A DNA stretch of 64,000 nt, from contig JBAQNH010000002.1 in assembly GCA_049303575.1 (NCBI GenBank), positions 180,717 to 244,716 on the forward strand, given 5' to 3'. A program made the position numbers and the translations under genes. The notes below the pieces were generated by a model. It searched no databases and was not told the origin of the DNA. It was given only the letters and a program-made list of their open reading frames with translations. Position 1 is the first letter of the stretch. The number at the start of each line of letters is the position of its first letter. Source of the stretch: Microgenomates group bacterium (GTDB lineage Bacteria; Patescibacteriota; Microgenomatia; UBA1400; MFAQ01). Positions 28,153 through 36,330 of the stretch are shown piece after piece.

Positions 28153-31100
28153 ATGCCGAAGACCACTCCTGAATTTGATCAAGCATACAAAAAATTAAAC
28201 GACGCCCAACGCCAAGCCGTCGATACTACCGAAGGCCCTGTTTTGGTTCTTGCTGGACCGGGTACAGGCAAAACTCAAGTTCTGGCGACAAGAATAGCCA
28301 ACATTCTTAAAGAAACCGATGCTGCTCCGGAGTCCATTCTTGCACTAACTTACACCGACGCTGCCACTCGTGAGATGAAAGAACGCCTTATAAAATTAAT
28401 CGGCAAAGATGGCTACTACGTCAAAGTCACCTCCTATCACTCCTTCTGTTCCGACATCATCTCCGAAAACCCAGAAAGATTTAGCCGACCCAAGGGTCTA
28501 AGTATTGCCACAGACCTTGAAAAAATTCAATTAATTAAAGATATTTTGGAAGGAGATACTTTTCCTCTTTTAAAACCGGCAGGTGACCCCACTTACTATC
28601 TCAAATATATTCTTGGTGCCATTGCCGATCTCAAGCGCGAAGGCTACCCCATCGATAAATACAAACAGATGGTTAATCTCCTAAAAGAAGAATTTGAAAT
28701 TGAAAAAGGGGATTTAAAAAAAGTTGCTCTCAAAGAAAAAGAAACTCTCGTCGGTAAAAATACCGACCTTCTCAAAATTTACGAAAAATATCAGGAAAAA
28801 TTGGTCGAACTTGGCCGCTACGATTTTGAAGACATGATTAACTGGGTGGTCGACGCCTTTGAAAAAGACTCCGATTTTCTCCTCACCTATCAAGAAAAAT
28901 TTCAGTACATTCTGGGAGACGAATATCAAGATACCAATAACTCCCAAAACCGCCTCATCTTTTCTCTCGCGAACTTCTGGGGTGAAGAAGCCAATGTTTT
29001 TGTTGTCGGCGACCCTAATCAAAGTATTTTTAGATTTCAGGGCGCCTCCAAAGAAAATGTACTAGAGTTCCAAAAAAGATTTCCTAATCTCAAGAAAATT
29101 GTCCTCGAACAAAACTATCGTTCCACCAAAAATCTTCTTACCGCCTCTGCTGGCTTAATCAGCGAAAGCCCTCTCCACCACACCGTCAAATTCCAAGATC
29201 TACCCATCAAGGTTGCCAAATTTAGCTCTCCTCTTTTTGAAGATGAGTTTATAACAGACACCATCAAAAGAAAAATAAGAGCAGGGGCTAAAGCCGCCGA
29301 CTTTGCCGTCATCACCAAAGACAACGCTGACATCGAAAATCTGGTGAACCTTTTCAAATCCAAAGGACTTCCATATCGCCTTGAAGGAGGTGTCGACATC
29401 CTCTCTACCCCGCTCATTTCTCAGCTCCTTAAGATTATTTCTCTCGTCACTACTTTCCAAAGCAAAACTGACGACCTCGATCTCTTTTTAGTTCTCAACT
29501 TTCCTTACTTTAAATTAAACCCGCTTTCTATTCTCAAAATTTCCCGTTACGCCCACGAAAAACACGAATCCCTTATGGACACCCTTTTCGATGCCCACCC
29601 CGAGATAAATCCAGCTGTCATTGATGTTTTCCATTTACTTCTCAGCTGGAATTCTAAAGCCTCCACTCACACTGTCCCTGAGATGTTTCAGATGATATTT
29701 CAAGAATCAGGACTCCTGGATTACATTCTTGCTCTACCCCAACCAATTCAACAGTTAAACCGTTTCGGTACTCTTTTTGAAGATGTCAAAAAACAGGCCG
29801 AAGCTTTTCCCGGTCTCGACCTATTCGGTTACGTCATTAATCTCAAAACTATGGCCGAGAATGGTTTGAAACTAGAGGAAATGGCTCTCATTGGCGACAA
29901 AAATGCCGTTACCCTCACCACCGTTTATAAAGCCAAAGGTTTGGAATGGAAAACAGTTTTCATTTATCGTTTTGCCGACACTCACTGGGGTAATCACACC
30001 AAAAGACAAATGATTAAGCTTCCTCCCGGAATTTTATCTCTCGAAGATGTAGACAAAGAAGACAAAAATGCTGAGGAACGTCGCGTCTTTTATGTCGCAC
30101 TTACCCGAGCCAAAAAAAATCTCTACCTCACCGGCTCCACCCAATATCCGTCTGCTCAAAAAATGGTTTTTCCTTCTATGTTTCTTGAGGAAATTCCCAA
30201 AAACACTCGCCAACTTATCAAAGTCAGTAAGTACCAAAAAAATGCTGAAAAAATTCTAGGCAAGCTCATGTCTGTCTCGACAACCCCGGTTCTCCATGAT
30301 GGCGAAAAAGAATACCTCAAGGAAATTATCAAAGACCTCAAACTTTCCCCAACCGCTTTAAATAAATACTTAGAATGTCACTACAAATTCAAGCTGGATA
30401 ATCTCTATCGCATTCCCCGAACTACCCCTCCATCTGCGAGTTTTGGTACCGCCGTTCACACCGCTCTTCAGTATCTCTATCTCAATTTGGAAAACACCAA
30501 AAAAGTCGAGCCGTTAAAAGTTTTTTTAAGCGACTTTGAAGTTGCCCTTCGCCGTGAAATTCTTTCAGACAGTGACTTTAAAAACTACTTGGAAAAAGGT
30601 AAAAAAGTTCTCTCCGCTTACTACGATTTTTATAAAGAAAGTTTTACTCCCGCTCTCTTCACCGAGAAAAAGTTTGGCTCCTCTCTCACTTCTCAAATTG
30701 TTCTCGATGACATTCCTCTCACCGGCAAGGCCGACAGAATTGATTTAGTGAGCAAAGCAGACAAACATGTCCGTTTCGTCGACTACAAAACCGGTCAACC
30801 AAAATCTAGAAACGACATTGAGGGTTTAAACAAAAACACGAACGGCGACTACAAACGCCAGCTGGTTTTTTACCAGCTCCTAGCCGACCTCGACAGATCC
30901 TTCTCCTACAAAGTAACCCAAAATGAACTTCAATTTATTGAAACCGACAAGGGCGGCAATTTTCACCAAGAGAGATTCAACATCACCAAAGAAGAAGTTA
31001 ATGATTTAAAGAAATTAATCAGGGAAACCATGGCCAGCATTCGTGCCCTCAACTTTGACCGCACTACAGAGTATCGTCACTGCGAACGCTGTGATTTCCG

Positions 31101-31158
31101 ATCTCACTGTTGGCCGGAAGGCTTACCGGTCACTACATCAGGATTCGAAGAGGAATAA
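28153..31158 (+). CDS. UvrD/PcrA-type SF1 helicase fused to a C-terminal Cas4/AddB-like PD-(D/E)XK Fe-S nuclease domain (AddA-like single-chain helicase-nuclease)
   Basis: Helicase motifs LNDAQRQAVD...LAGPGTGKTQVL, DEYQDTN. Nuclease motifs GKADRIDLV, VDYKTG, QLVFYQLL. Cys cluster C...C-x2-C-x5-C (HCERCDFRSHC). Confidence 0.8.
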   Translation: MPKTTPEFDQAYKKLNDAQRQAVDTTEGPVLVLAGPGTGKTQVLATRIANILKETDAAPESILALTYTDAATREMKERLIKLIGKDGYYVKVTSYHSFCSDIISENPERFSRPKGLSIATDLEKIQLIKDILEGDTFPLLKPAGDPTYYLKYILGAIADLKREGYPIDKYKQMVNLLKEEFEIEKGDLKKVALKEKETLVGKNTDLLKIYEKYQEKLVELGRYDFEDMINWVVDAFEKDSDFLLTYQEKFQYILGDEYQDTNNSQNRLIFSLANFWGEEANVFVVGDPNQSIFRFQGASKENVLEFQKRFPNLKKIVLEQNYRSTKNLLTASAGLISESPLHHTVKFQDLPIKVAKFSSPLFEDEFITDTIKRKIRAGAKAADFAVITKDNADIENLVNLFKSKGLPYRLEGGVDILSTPLISQLLKIISLVTTFQSKTDDLDLFLVLNFPYFKLNPLSILKISRYAHEKHESLMDTLFDAHPEINPAVIDVFHLLLSWNSKASTHTVPEMFQMIFQESGLLDYILALPQPIQQLNRFGTLFEDVKKQAEAFPGLDLFGYVINLKTMAENGLKLEEMALIGDKNAVTLTTVYKAKGLEWKTVFIYRFADTHWGNHTKRQMIKLPPGILSLEDVDKEDKNAEERRVFYVALTRAKKNLYLTGSTQYPSAQKMVFPSMFLEEIPKNTRQLIKVSKYQKNAEKILGKLMSVSTTPVLHDGEKEYLKEIIKDLKLSPTALNKYLECHYKFKLDNLYRIPRTTPPSASFGTAVHTALQYLYLNLENTKKVEPLKVFLSDFEVALRREILSDSDFKNYLEKGKKVLSAYYDFYKESFTPALFTEKKFGSSLTSQIVLDDIPLTGKADRIDLVSKADKHVRFVDYKTGQPKSRNDIEGLNKNTNGDYKRQLVFYQLLADLDRSFSYKVTQNELQFIETDKGGNFHQERFNITKEEVNDLKKLIRETMASIRALNFDRTTEYRHCERCDFRSHCWPEGLPVTTSGFEEE

Positions 31159-31169
31159 TATATAAATAT

Positions 31170-31853
31170 ATGCCCTTACTTTTTGTTATCCTTAGTCTCC
31201 TCGGACTCCTTCTTACCAAAAAGAAAATGACCATTGATCTATCACGTCTCGTTCATCGTTTTGGTGGTAGTCAACACTCCGCCATTATTGTTTGGAGTAT
31301 TATTTTTCTTCCGGGCACTATTGTTCATGAAATTTCCCATTTTCTTTTTGCTGCTCTTACCGGTGCCCGCACCGGTAAAGTAGAAATCTTTCCTGAGTAT
31401 TTGGAAGAAGAATTAGATGAAAAGAAAAACACACGAGTAACTCTAGGCTCCGTCCGAACTCAAAAGTTAAATCCCCTTCAGGGCTTCCTCGTCGGCATCG
31501 CCCCTTTTATTTCCGGTATGGCGCTACTCATCTGGTTAGCATCACTGCTCCAAACCAGTTATTACGCAGGCAACACCTGGATTCTTGTTTTAGAGGGATA
31601 TCTCTTCTTCACCATTGCCAACTCCTTCTTTCCTAGCTGGACGGATATTAAACAAACACTTCCTTTCGTAGTCATTTCCCTCGTCGTTGCTCTTCTTGCC
31701 TGGTATTTTGGTTTCCAAATTTTCCTCGACTCTAGCTCCTATGTTTGGACAGTTCTTGACGCTCTCTGGAAAGCTGTCTTAATCAGTATTTTCTTCAATC
31801 TTGCCATAGTTGGTATACTCTTCTTTCTACGTAAACTCTTTGAGAAAAAATAA
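31170..31853 (+). CDS. Hypothetical polytopic membrane protein with HExxH motif (putative zincin-like membrane metalloprotease)
   Basis: VHEISHFLFAALTG within a TM region, about 6 TM helices. Start set at ATG 31170. Confidence 0.45.
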   Translation: MPLLFVILSLLGLLLTKKKMTIDLSRLVHRFGGSQHSAIIVWSIIFLPGTIVHEISHFLFAALTGARTGKVEIFPEYLEEELDEKKNTRVTLGSVRTQKLNPLQGFLVGIAPFISGMALLIWLASLLQTSYYAGNTWILVLEGYLFFTIANSFFPSWTDIKQTLPFVVISLVVALLAWYFGFQIFLDSSSYVWTVLDALWKAVLISIFFNLAIVGILFFLRKLFEKK

Positions 31854-31917
31854 AAGCAAATCTTGATTTCGGGTAATATATGGTATTAAATGATATATAG
31901 ATAAACTTAATTCAACG

Positions 31918-32871
31918 ATGAATTCAATTCAGACTATTCAAGATACCTTCGATGTAAATGCAATTTATGCACATAAATTGCATAGTCTCACCAAAGGTGA
32001 TAATTATATTGAGGAAGTTAGAAGGACCATTAGCGAAAAACCAAAACCAATCGTCAAATGGGTCGGGGGAAAACGACAGTTATTGTCGCAATTTCGATTA
32101 TTAAACCTCTATCCCCCAAGTGGTTTCAACCCAAATAAATCTACATATTACGAACCGTTTGTTGGAGGCGCCGCCGTTTTTTTTGATCTTCTTCCAGAAA
32201 AAGCTTTCTTGTCAGATCTAAACAATGATCTAGTGATAACTTACAACGTAATAAAAAACGATGTTGATGAGCTGATCGATTCACTTAAAAAACACGTCTA
32301 TGAAAAAGAATATTTTCTTAGAGTTAGAAAACTCGACCCAAGGAAGCTATCGAAGATTGAAATTGCATCTCGTTTTATCTACTTAAATCGCACGTGTTTC
32401 AACGGTATGTATAGAGTAAACAAAAGTGGACAATTCAACGTTCCCTTCGGAAGATATTCAAACCCACAAATTTGTGATGAGCTCAATTTACGCAGGGCTT
32501 CAAAAGCTTTAAAAAACATTGAAATAAACTGTGAGGATTATAAAGAAGTATTAAATAAAGCCAAAAAAGGTGATTTTATTTATTTTGATCCACCATATTA
32601 CCCAATTAATTCCACGTCGTCATTTACTTCTTACACCCCTAACGCCTTTTTAGATAAAGAACAAATTGAGCTTCGGGAGACATTTGCACAGCTCAGCGAT
32701 AGAGGGTGTTACGTAATGCTTTCAAACTCAGACACTCCATTTATCAACAAAATATATTCTGAATTAAAAAATAAAGGAGTCAAAATAACAAAGATTCTAG
32801 CCGGAAGGGCAATCAACTCAAAGGCTTCGAGAAGAGGTAAAATTACCGAAGTGTTAATAACAAATTACTAA
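31918..32871 (+). CDS. Dam-family DNA N6-adenine methyltransferase (alpha class)
   Basis: KWVGGKRQLL (Dam motif I), PFVGGAAVFF, FIYFDPPYY (motif IV DPPY). It lies in an AT-rich block distinct from the flanks. Confidence 0.85.
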   Translation: MNSIQTIQDTFDVNAIYAHKLHSLTKGDNYIEEVRRTISEKPKPIVKWVGGKRQLLSQFRLLNLYPPSGFNPNKSTYYEPFVGGAAVFFDLLPEKAFLSDLNNDLVITYNVIKNDVDELIDSLKKHVYEKEYFLRVRKLDPRKLSKIEIASRFIYLNRTCFNGMYRVNKSGQFNVPFGRYSNPQICDELNLRRASKALKNIEINCEDYKEVLNKAKKGDFIYFDPPYYPINSTSSFTSYTPNAFLDKEQIELRETFAQLSDRGCYVMLSNSDTPFINKIYSELKNKGVKITKILAGRAINSKASRRGKITEVLITNY

Positions 32872-32884
32872 AAATACAAAATAA

Positions 32885-33406
32885 ATGATTACAAACGGAT
32901 TTGGAGGAGGAAATACAATTACCGGTTTAAACTTCGAAAAAGAAACAGACATACTTAGTTTGTTGAAAACTAAGAGAGACTACTCCGTTGCCGACAATAT
33001 TATTTATTTTAAAAAGAAAGAAGTAGCAAAAAGTTTCAAAAAGCATGCATTGTATCCTTTTTTAAAAACAAAAGGTGTCGATTATAAGAAAATAATTTCA
33101 AAAAAATTATTACCTGATGAAGCAATTTATGTAATTGTGAACAACACACTTTTTGTAATTGAAGTAAAGTTTCAAAAAGTCGCAGGGTCAGTCGATGAAA
33201 AATTACAAACATGTGACTTTAAAAGGAAGCAGTATGCAAAACTGATGGCACCATTAAATATTGAGGTTGAATATATCTATATTCTTAGCGATTGGTTTAG
33301 AAAATCAGAATACAAAGATGTGTTGGATTATATAATTTCAGTTGGCTGTCAGTATTATTTTCAATATCTACCATTACAAAAGTTGGGACTTCCTATCCCT
33401 GAATAA
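32885..33406 (+). CDS. Small PD-(D/E)XK nuclease-fold protein (candidate restriction endonuclease subunit)
   Basis: ...KGVDYKKIISKKLLPDEAIYVIVNNTLFVIEVKFQK...: a D...(D/E)-x-K arrangement like Hjc/REase catalytic cores. 173 aa. Confidence 0.45.
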   Translation: MITNGFGGGNTITGLNFEKETDILSLLKTKRDYSVADNIIYFKKKEVAKSFKKHALYPFLKTKGVDYKKIISKKLLPDEAIYVIVNNTLFVIEVKFQKVAGSVDEKLQTCDFKRKQYAKLMAPLNIEVEYIYILSDWFRKSEYKDVLDYIISVGCQYYFQYLPLQKLGLPIPE

Positions 33407-33431
33407 AGTCAGATTACTATTATTATCAGTA

Positions 33432-34190
33432 TTGATTAAAAAAGACATTGTACTTAATCCAGATGAGTTTGAATTGGAATGCACATCTGTGTGGGCATTC
33501 CCTCGAAGAGGAAATTGGGCAACACACACTTCTGACTGGCGAGGAAATTGGGCTCCAGAAGTAGCTAGAAATTTAATACTACGCTACACATCAGAAAATG
33601 ATTGGTTGCTTGATCCGATGGTGGGAGGTGGTACTTCCGCGATAGAAGCCAAGATTCTTAATAGACACATTATTTGCACGGATATTAACGAATTAGCTCT
33701 TATAAGAACAAAGAAATCGCTTGAATTTGATGCAAAAAACAATGCAGAGCAAAGGTTATATAAGTGTGATGCTCGAGACCTGAAAAAAATAAGTAACGGG
33801 AAAATTGACTTTGTATTAACCCATCCACCTTACGTTGATATCATCAAATACAGTGAAGGAAACATAGAAGAAGATCTTTCAAATATCCACGACTTAGATA
33901 TTTTCGCAAATGAAATGAAAAAAGTTGCAGATGAACTTTATAGGGTCCTTAAAAATGGAAAATACTGTGCAATTTTAATCGGTGATACTAGAAGAAATAA
34001 AATGTATCAACCCCTTGCCTTTAAGGTTATGGAAAGATTTATTAATGCCGGTTTTGTATTGAAAGAAGACATAATAAAAAGGCAGTTTAATTGCAAAGCA
34101 ACTGGGTTTTGGGTAAACAAATCAAAACTAAACAACTTCCTGTTAATTATGCACGAACATTTATTCGTATTTCAAAAACCTACTGTTTAG
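33432..34190 (+). CDS. SAM-dependent DNA methyltransferase (N6-adenine/N4-cytosine type; motif I before motif IV). Start uncertain: TTG 33432 or TTG 33342.
   Basis: Motif I LDPMVGGGTSAIEAKILNRHIICTDINE and motif IV FVLTHPPYVD. No in-frame ATG near the 5' end; the track ORF begins at TTG 33342 and would overlap the upstream gene by 64 nt. Confidence 0.6.
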   Translation: MIKKDIVLNPDEFELECTSVWAFPRRGNWATHTSDWRGNWAPEVARNLILRYTSENDWLLDPMVGGGTSAIEAKILNRHIICTDINELALIRTKKSLEFDAKNNAEQRLYKCDARDLKKISNGKIDFVLTHPPYVDIIKYSEGNIEEDLSNIHDLDIFANEMKKVADELYRVLKNGKYCAILIGDTRRNKMYQPLAFKVMERFINAGFVLKEDIIKRQFNCKATGFWVNKSKLNNFLLIMHEHLFVFQKPTV

Positions 34191-34194
34191 AAAA

Positions 34195-34647
34195 ATGAAT
34201 AAGCTGTTAACAGAAGATTTTGTCCAAAATAATATAATTAAATATCTTTCCAGAACTGGATGGAGTAAAAGCTTGAAATCGAAAACACTTAAGGAACACG
34301 GAGTTGATATTAAGGTCAGGAACAACAATTTTGCAAGATATTGGCTGATCGAAGTCAAGGGTGATGCAAGCGAAACAGCGAAATATCCTAGATCTCATAG
34401 AGAAGTAAACTTTAATCTCGCCTTGGGGCAAATTATCACCCGTATGCAATCGAACGGAACAAGGGGTTATAAATACAGGTATAAATATGGTGTGGGGTAC
34501 CCAACTTCATTTAAAAATCTAATTGTTCGAAGATTACCTTATGATGTGTGCGACAAACTAAATCTTTATATATTTTTAGTTGACGAAACTGGAGAAGTTG
34601 AGCTGCTCGATTGGAAAGGATTAAAGAAAATCCAATCTTCTCATTAG
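34195..34647 (+). CDS. Small Hjc-like PD-(D/E)XK nuclease-fold protein (candidate second restriction endonuclease subunit)
   Basis: ...LKEHGVDIKVRNNNFARYWLIEVKGD... closely resembles the Hjc/archaeal-resolvase and REase core (VDxx...IEVK). 150 aa. Confidence 0.45.
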   Translation: MNKLLTEDFVQNNIIKYLSRTGWSKSLKSKTLKEHGVDIKVRNNNFARYWLIEVKGDASETAKYPRSHREVNFNLALGQIITRMQSNGTRGYKYRYKYGVGYPTSFKNLIVRRLPYDVCDKLNLYIFLVDETGEVELLDWKGLKKIQSSH

Positions 34648-34661
34648 CAAAATCAATTTTA

Positions 34662-34689
34662 TTATTCCTTCACAACCTTTTTCTTAGCC
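34662..34689 (+). repeat. Imperfect direct repeat (28 nt) copying the 3' end of the zinc-ribbon gene; partner at 35147-35174
   Basis: TTATTCCTTCACAACCTTTTTCTTAGCC versus TTATTCTTTTACAACCTTCTTCTTAGCC (25/28 identical), with similarity extending about 15 nt further with an indel. Confidence 0.6.
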
Positions 34690-34904
34690 CCTTCTTTTTC
34701 TAAATTGTTCGCATACAACTTTTCCAAATGGTCACCGACAAACCTGGAAACAAATTTCTTGATACATAAATAAAATACTAATAATTTGCCCCTTTTTTCC
34801 GCAAAATTTGCTGGTTGTATTTTTGTTTTTAACAGCATAGGATTAAGGTGTAAAAAATAAAAAGGCCCCCTACAGGGAGCTCTTTAACAGAATAATGGTT
34901 TTGC

Positions 34905-34916
34905 TCTGAATAGCGC
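34905..34916 (+). repeat. 12-bp inverted repeat arm flanking the tRNA-like gene (partner 35015-35026)
   Basis: TCTGAATAGCGC ... GCGCTATTCAGA, perfect complement, 98 nt apart, enclosing the tRNA-like sequence. Confidence 0.7.
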
Positions 34917-34927
34917 ACCCGTCATTA

Positions 34928-35001
34928 CCGGGTGTAGCTCAATTGGTTAGAGCAGCTGCCTATTAAGCAGAGCGTTGGGAGATCATTCCTCCCCACCCGG
35001 A
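34928..35001 (+). tRNA. tRNA-like gene with noncanonical anticodon loop (CUAUUAA, formal anticodon AUU) and noncanonical T-loop; possible pseudo- or specialised tRNA
   Basis: Acceptor CCGGGTG/CACCCGG (7 bp), U8-A9, canonical D-arm GCTC-AATTGGTTA-GAGC, anticodon stem GCTGC/GCAGA (one G.A mismatch) with loop CTATTAA, T-stem GGGAG/CTCCC with loop ATCATTC (not TTCRANN), discriminator A. Confidence 0.45.
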
Positions 35002-35146
35002 CACCAATTAAGTCGCGCTATTCAGAACAAAGCCATCATTCAATGTACTAATTAACTATATTGACATGGTACACCCAATGTCAAGTCATAGTTCGACGAG
35101 ATTCTAGCATTTATATCAAAATGTTTCAATAAAGGATATTAATGCC

Positions 35147-35785
35147 TTATTCTTTTACAACCTTCTTCTTAGCCACTTTAGCCTTTTTAGGCTTAGCTAC
35201 TTCTTTTCCGGAAGTCATTTCAATAGTCTCAAGAATTTTTTCCGTCATATTCTTCGGTTCGGTAGGAGTCAAAAGCTTTATGATTTTGTCCAGTTTGGCG
35301 TTTAGTTCACTCAAATCCATATTTCCGGCTGCCGGTCTTTGGGAAGGAGCAAAAGATCTGGACTCACCTCTTCCACCGTCTTTTTTGGCAAAACAATCAC
35401 TACAAAGTACCGGTTTACCGTTTCTTGGTTCAAAAGGAACCTGACAATTGTCTCCACACTCATCACAAATAGCACTAAACATGGGTTTATCAAATCTGTT
35501 TCTGTCTCCAAACCCTCTGTCATTGCCTCTACTTTCGAATCTGTTTCCGCCTCTGGGTTCTTCGCCATTCATTTCACCAAAACACTTACTGCAGAAAACT
35601 TCTTTTCTACCATTAGGCTTGAAAGGAACCTGGCAACTGGAACCACATTTGGCGCACACGGCGTCAAACATTTCCTTTCGCTCGGAACCTCTGTCGTTTC
35701 CGCCTCTTGAGCCGAAACTACCCTCTCTTGGGCTGTAATACTGGCTTCTACTGTCTCCACTTCCACCTCGGTTAAAATATGTCAT
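35147..35785 (-). CDS. Protein with two CxxC-x17-CxxC zinc-ribbon repeats, an RGG/Gly-Arg-rich N-terminus and a Lys-rich C-terminus
   Basis: Repeat 1 CAKCGSSCQVPFKPNGRKEVFCSKCF and repeat 2 CDECGDNCQVPFEPRNGKPVLCSDCF. N-terminal ...NRGGSGDSRSQYYSPREGSFGSRGGNDRGSERK..., C-terminal ...KPKKAKVAKKKVVKE. Confidence 0.6.
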   Translation of the reverse strand: MTYFNRGGSGDSRSQYYSPREGSFGSRGGNDRGSERKEMFDAVCAKCGSSCQVPFKPNGRKEVFCSKCFGEMNGEEPRGGNRFESRGNDRGFGDRNRFDKPMFSAICDECGDNCQVPFEPRNGKPVLCSDCFAKKDGGRGESRSFAPSQRPAAGNMDLSELNAKLDKIIKLLTPTEPKNMTEKILETIEMTSGKEVAKPKKAKVAKKKVVKE

Positions 35786-35857
35786 ATCCTATATTATAAC
35801 ACGCTTCTCGTTTCTCACACCACTGTGTCGCGCGAGCACAGTGGACTGAGTCTCTTA

Positions 35858-35911
35858 ACAACAACTACCACCGCCACAACATCCTCCTCCGCAACATGTT
35901 TCGTTCTTCAT
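35858..35911 (-). CDS. 18-codon Cys-rich peptide ORF (MKNETCCGGGCCGGGSCC), translationally coupled to the upstream MerR-family gene; putative
   Basis: ATG lies 1 nt after the merR TAA stop. The SD-like GAGGTGA sits 6 nt upstream, inside the merR 3' end. It encodes 6 Cys in three CC pairs separated by GGG and ends TAA at 35855-35857. Downstream hairpin CCACTGTG-(9 nt)-CACAGTGG at 35819-35843. Confidence 0.4.
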
Positions 35912-35912
35912 A

Positions 35913-36323
35913 TTATTCACCTCGCCTTCCGTCGTTAATTGATAATTGATGAAGTATTTCACAGCAATAAGGCCCGTTTGCCATTAGTTTTTTCAGGCGC
36001 GATTTCAATTTTTCCATCTGAGTGATACGCTCGGTCAATAGACCCAAATACCCCTCAATCGTCTTTTGAACATACTCCTTTGAGTGTGAACAGTCTCCCT
36101 TTTCGCAACCAACAGTCAGTTTTTTAATCTCGCTCAAAGGCAACCCGAGATCTCTAGCATTCTTTATCAGCTTAATTTCTCCCAAATTTTCCTCACTATA
36201 AAATCTATACCCGTTTTCCTCCCGTGAAGGGCTTTCGATCACCCCTTGTTCTTCGTAAAATCGGATAGTTTTCGCCGGCAACCCGGTAATTTTTGCCACT
36301 TGTCCTATTGAATATTTGCTCAC
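35913..36323 (-). CDS. MerR-family transcriptional regulator with C-terminal Cys cluster (metal-sensor type, CueR/ZntR-like)
   Basis: N-terminal HTH (YSIGQVAKITGLPAKTIRFYEEQGVI...), dimerisation helix, and C-terminal cysteines (GCEKGDCSHS ... GPYCCE). GTG start at 36323. Confidence 0.8.
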   Translation of the reverse strand: MSKYSIGQVAKITGLPAKTIRFYEEQGVIESPSREENGYRFYSEENLGEIKLIKNARDLGLPLSEIKKLTVGCEKGDCSHSKEYVQKTIEGYLGLLTERITQMEKLKSRLKKLMANGPYCCEILHQLSINDGRRGE

Positions 36324-36330
36324 TTAGAAG

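Noticed and set aside
28153-31158. Calling the helicase-nuclease a named defence system (for example Nhi- or Gabija-like)
   Set aside because: Domain order and the Fe-S Cas4/AddB-type nuclease fit AddA/AddB-like repair enzymes at least as well. No partner genes of known defence systems are adjacent. Kept as a possibility only.
34861-34900. Hairpin-like sequence aaaaaggccccctacagggagctcttt upstream of the tRNA-like gene as a terminator
   Set aside because: Stem pairing is poor (4 bp) and no U-tract follows. Not supported.
35142-35766. Four plus-strand ORFs (35142-35444, 35339-35710, 35448-35738 and others) opposite the zinc-ribbon gene
   Set aside because: They are antisense to a gene with two convincing CxxC-x17-CxxC motifs and translate to low-complexity S/L/P-rich sequence.
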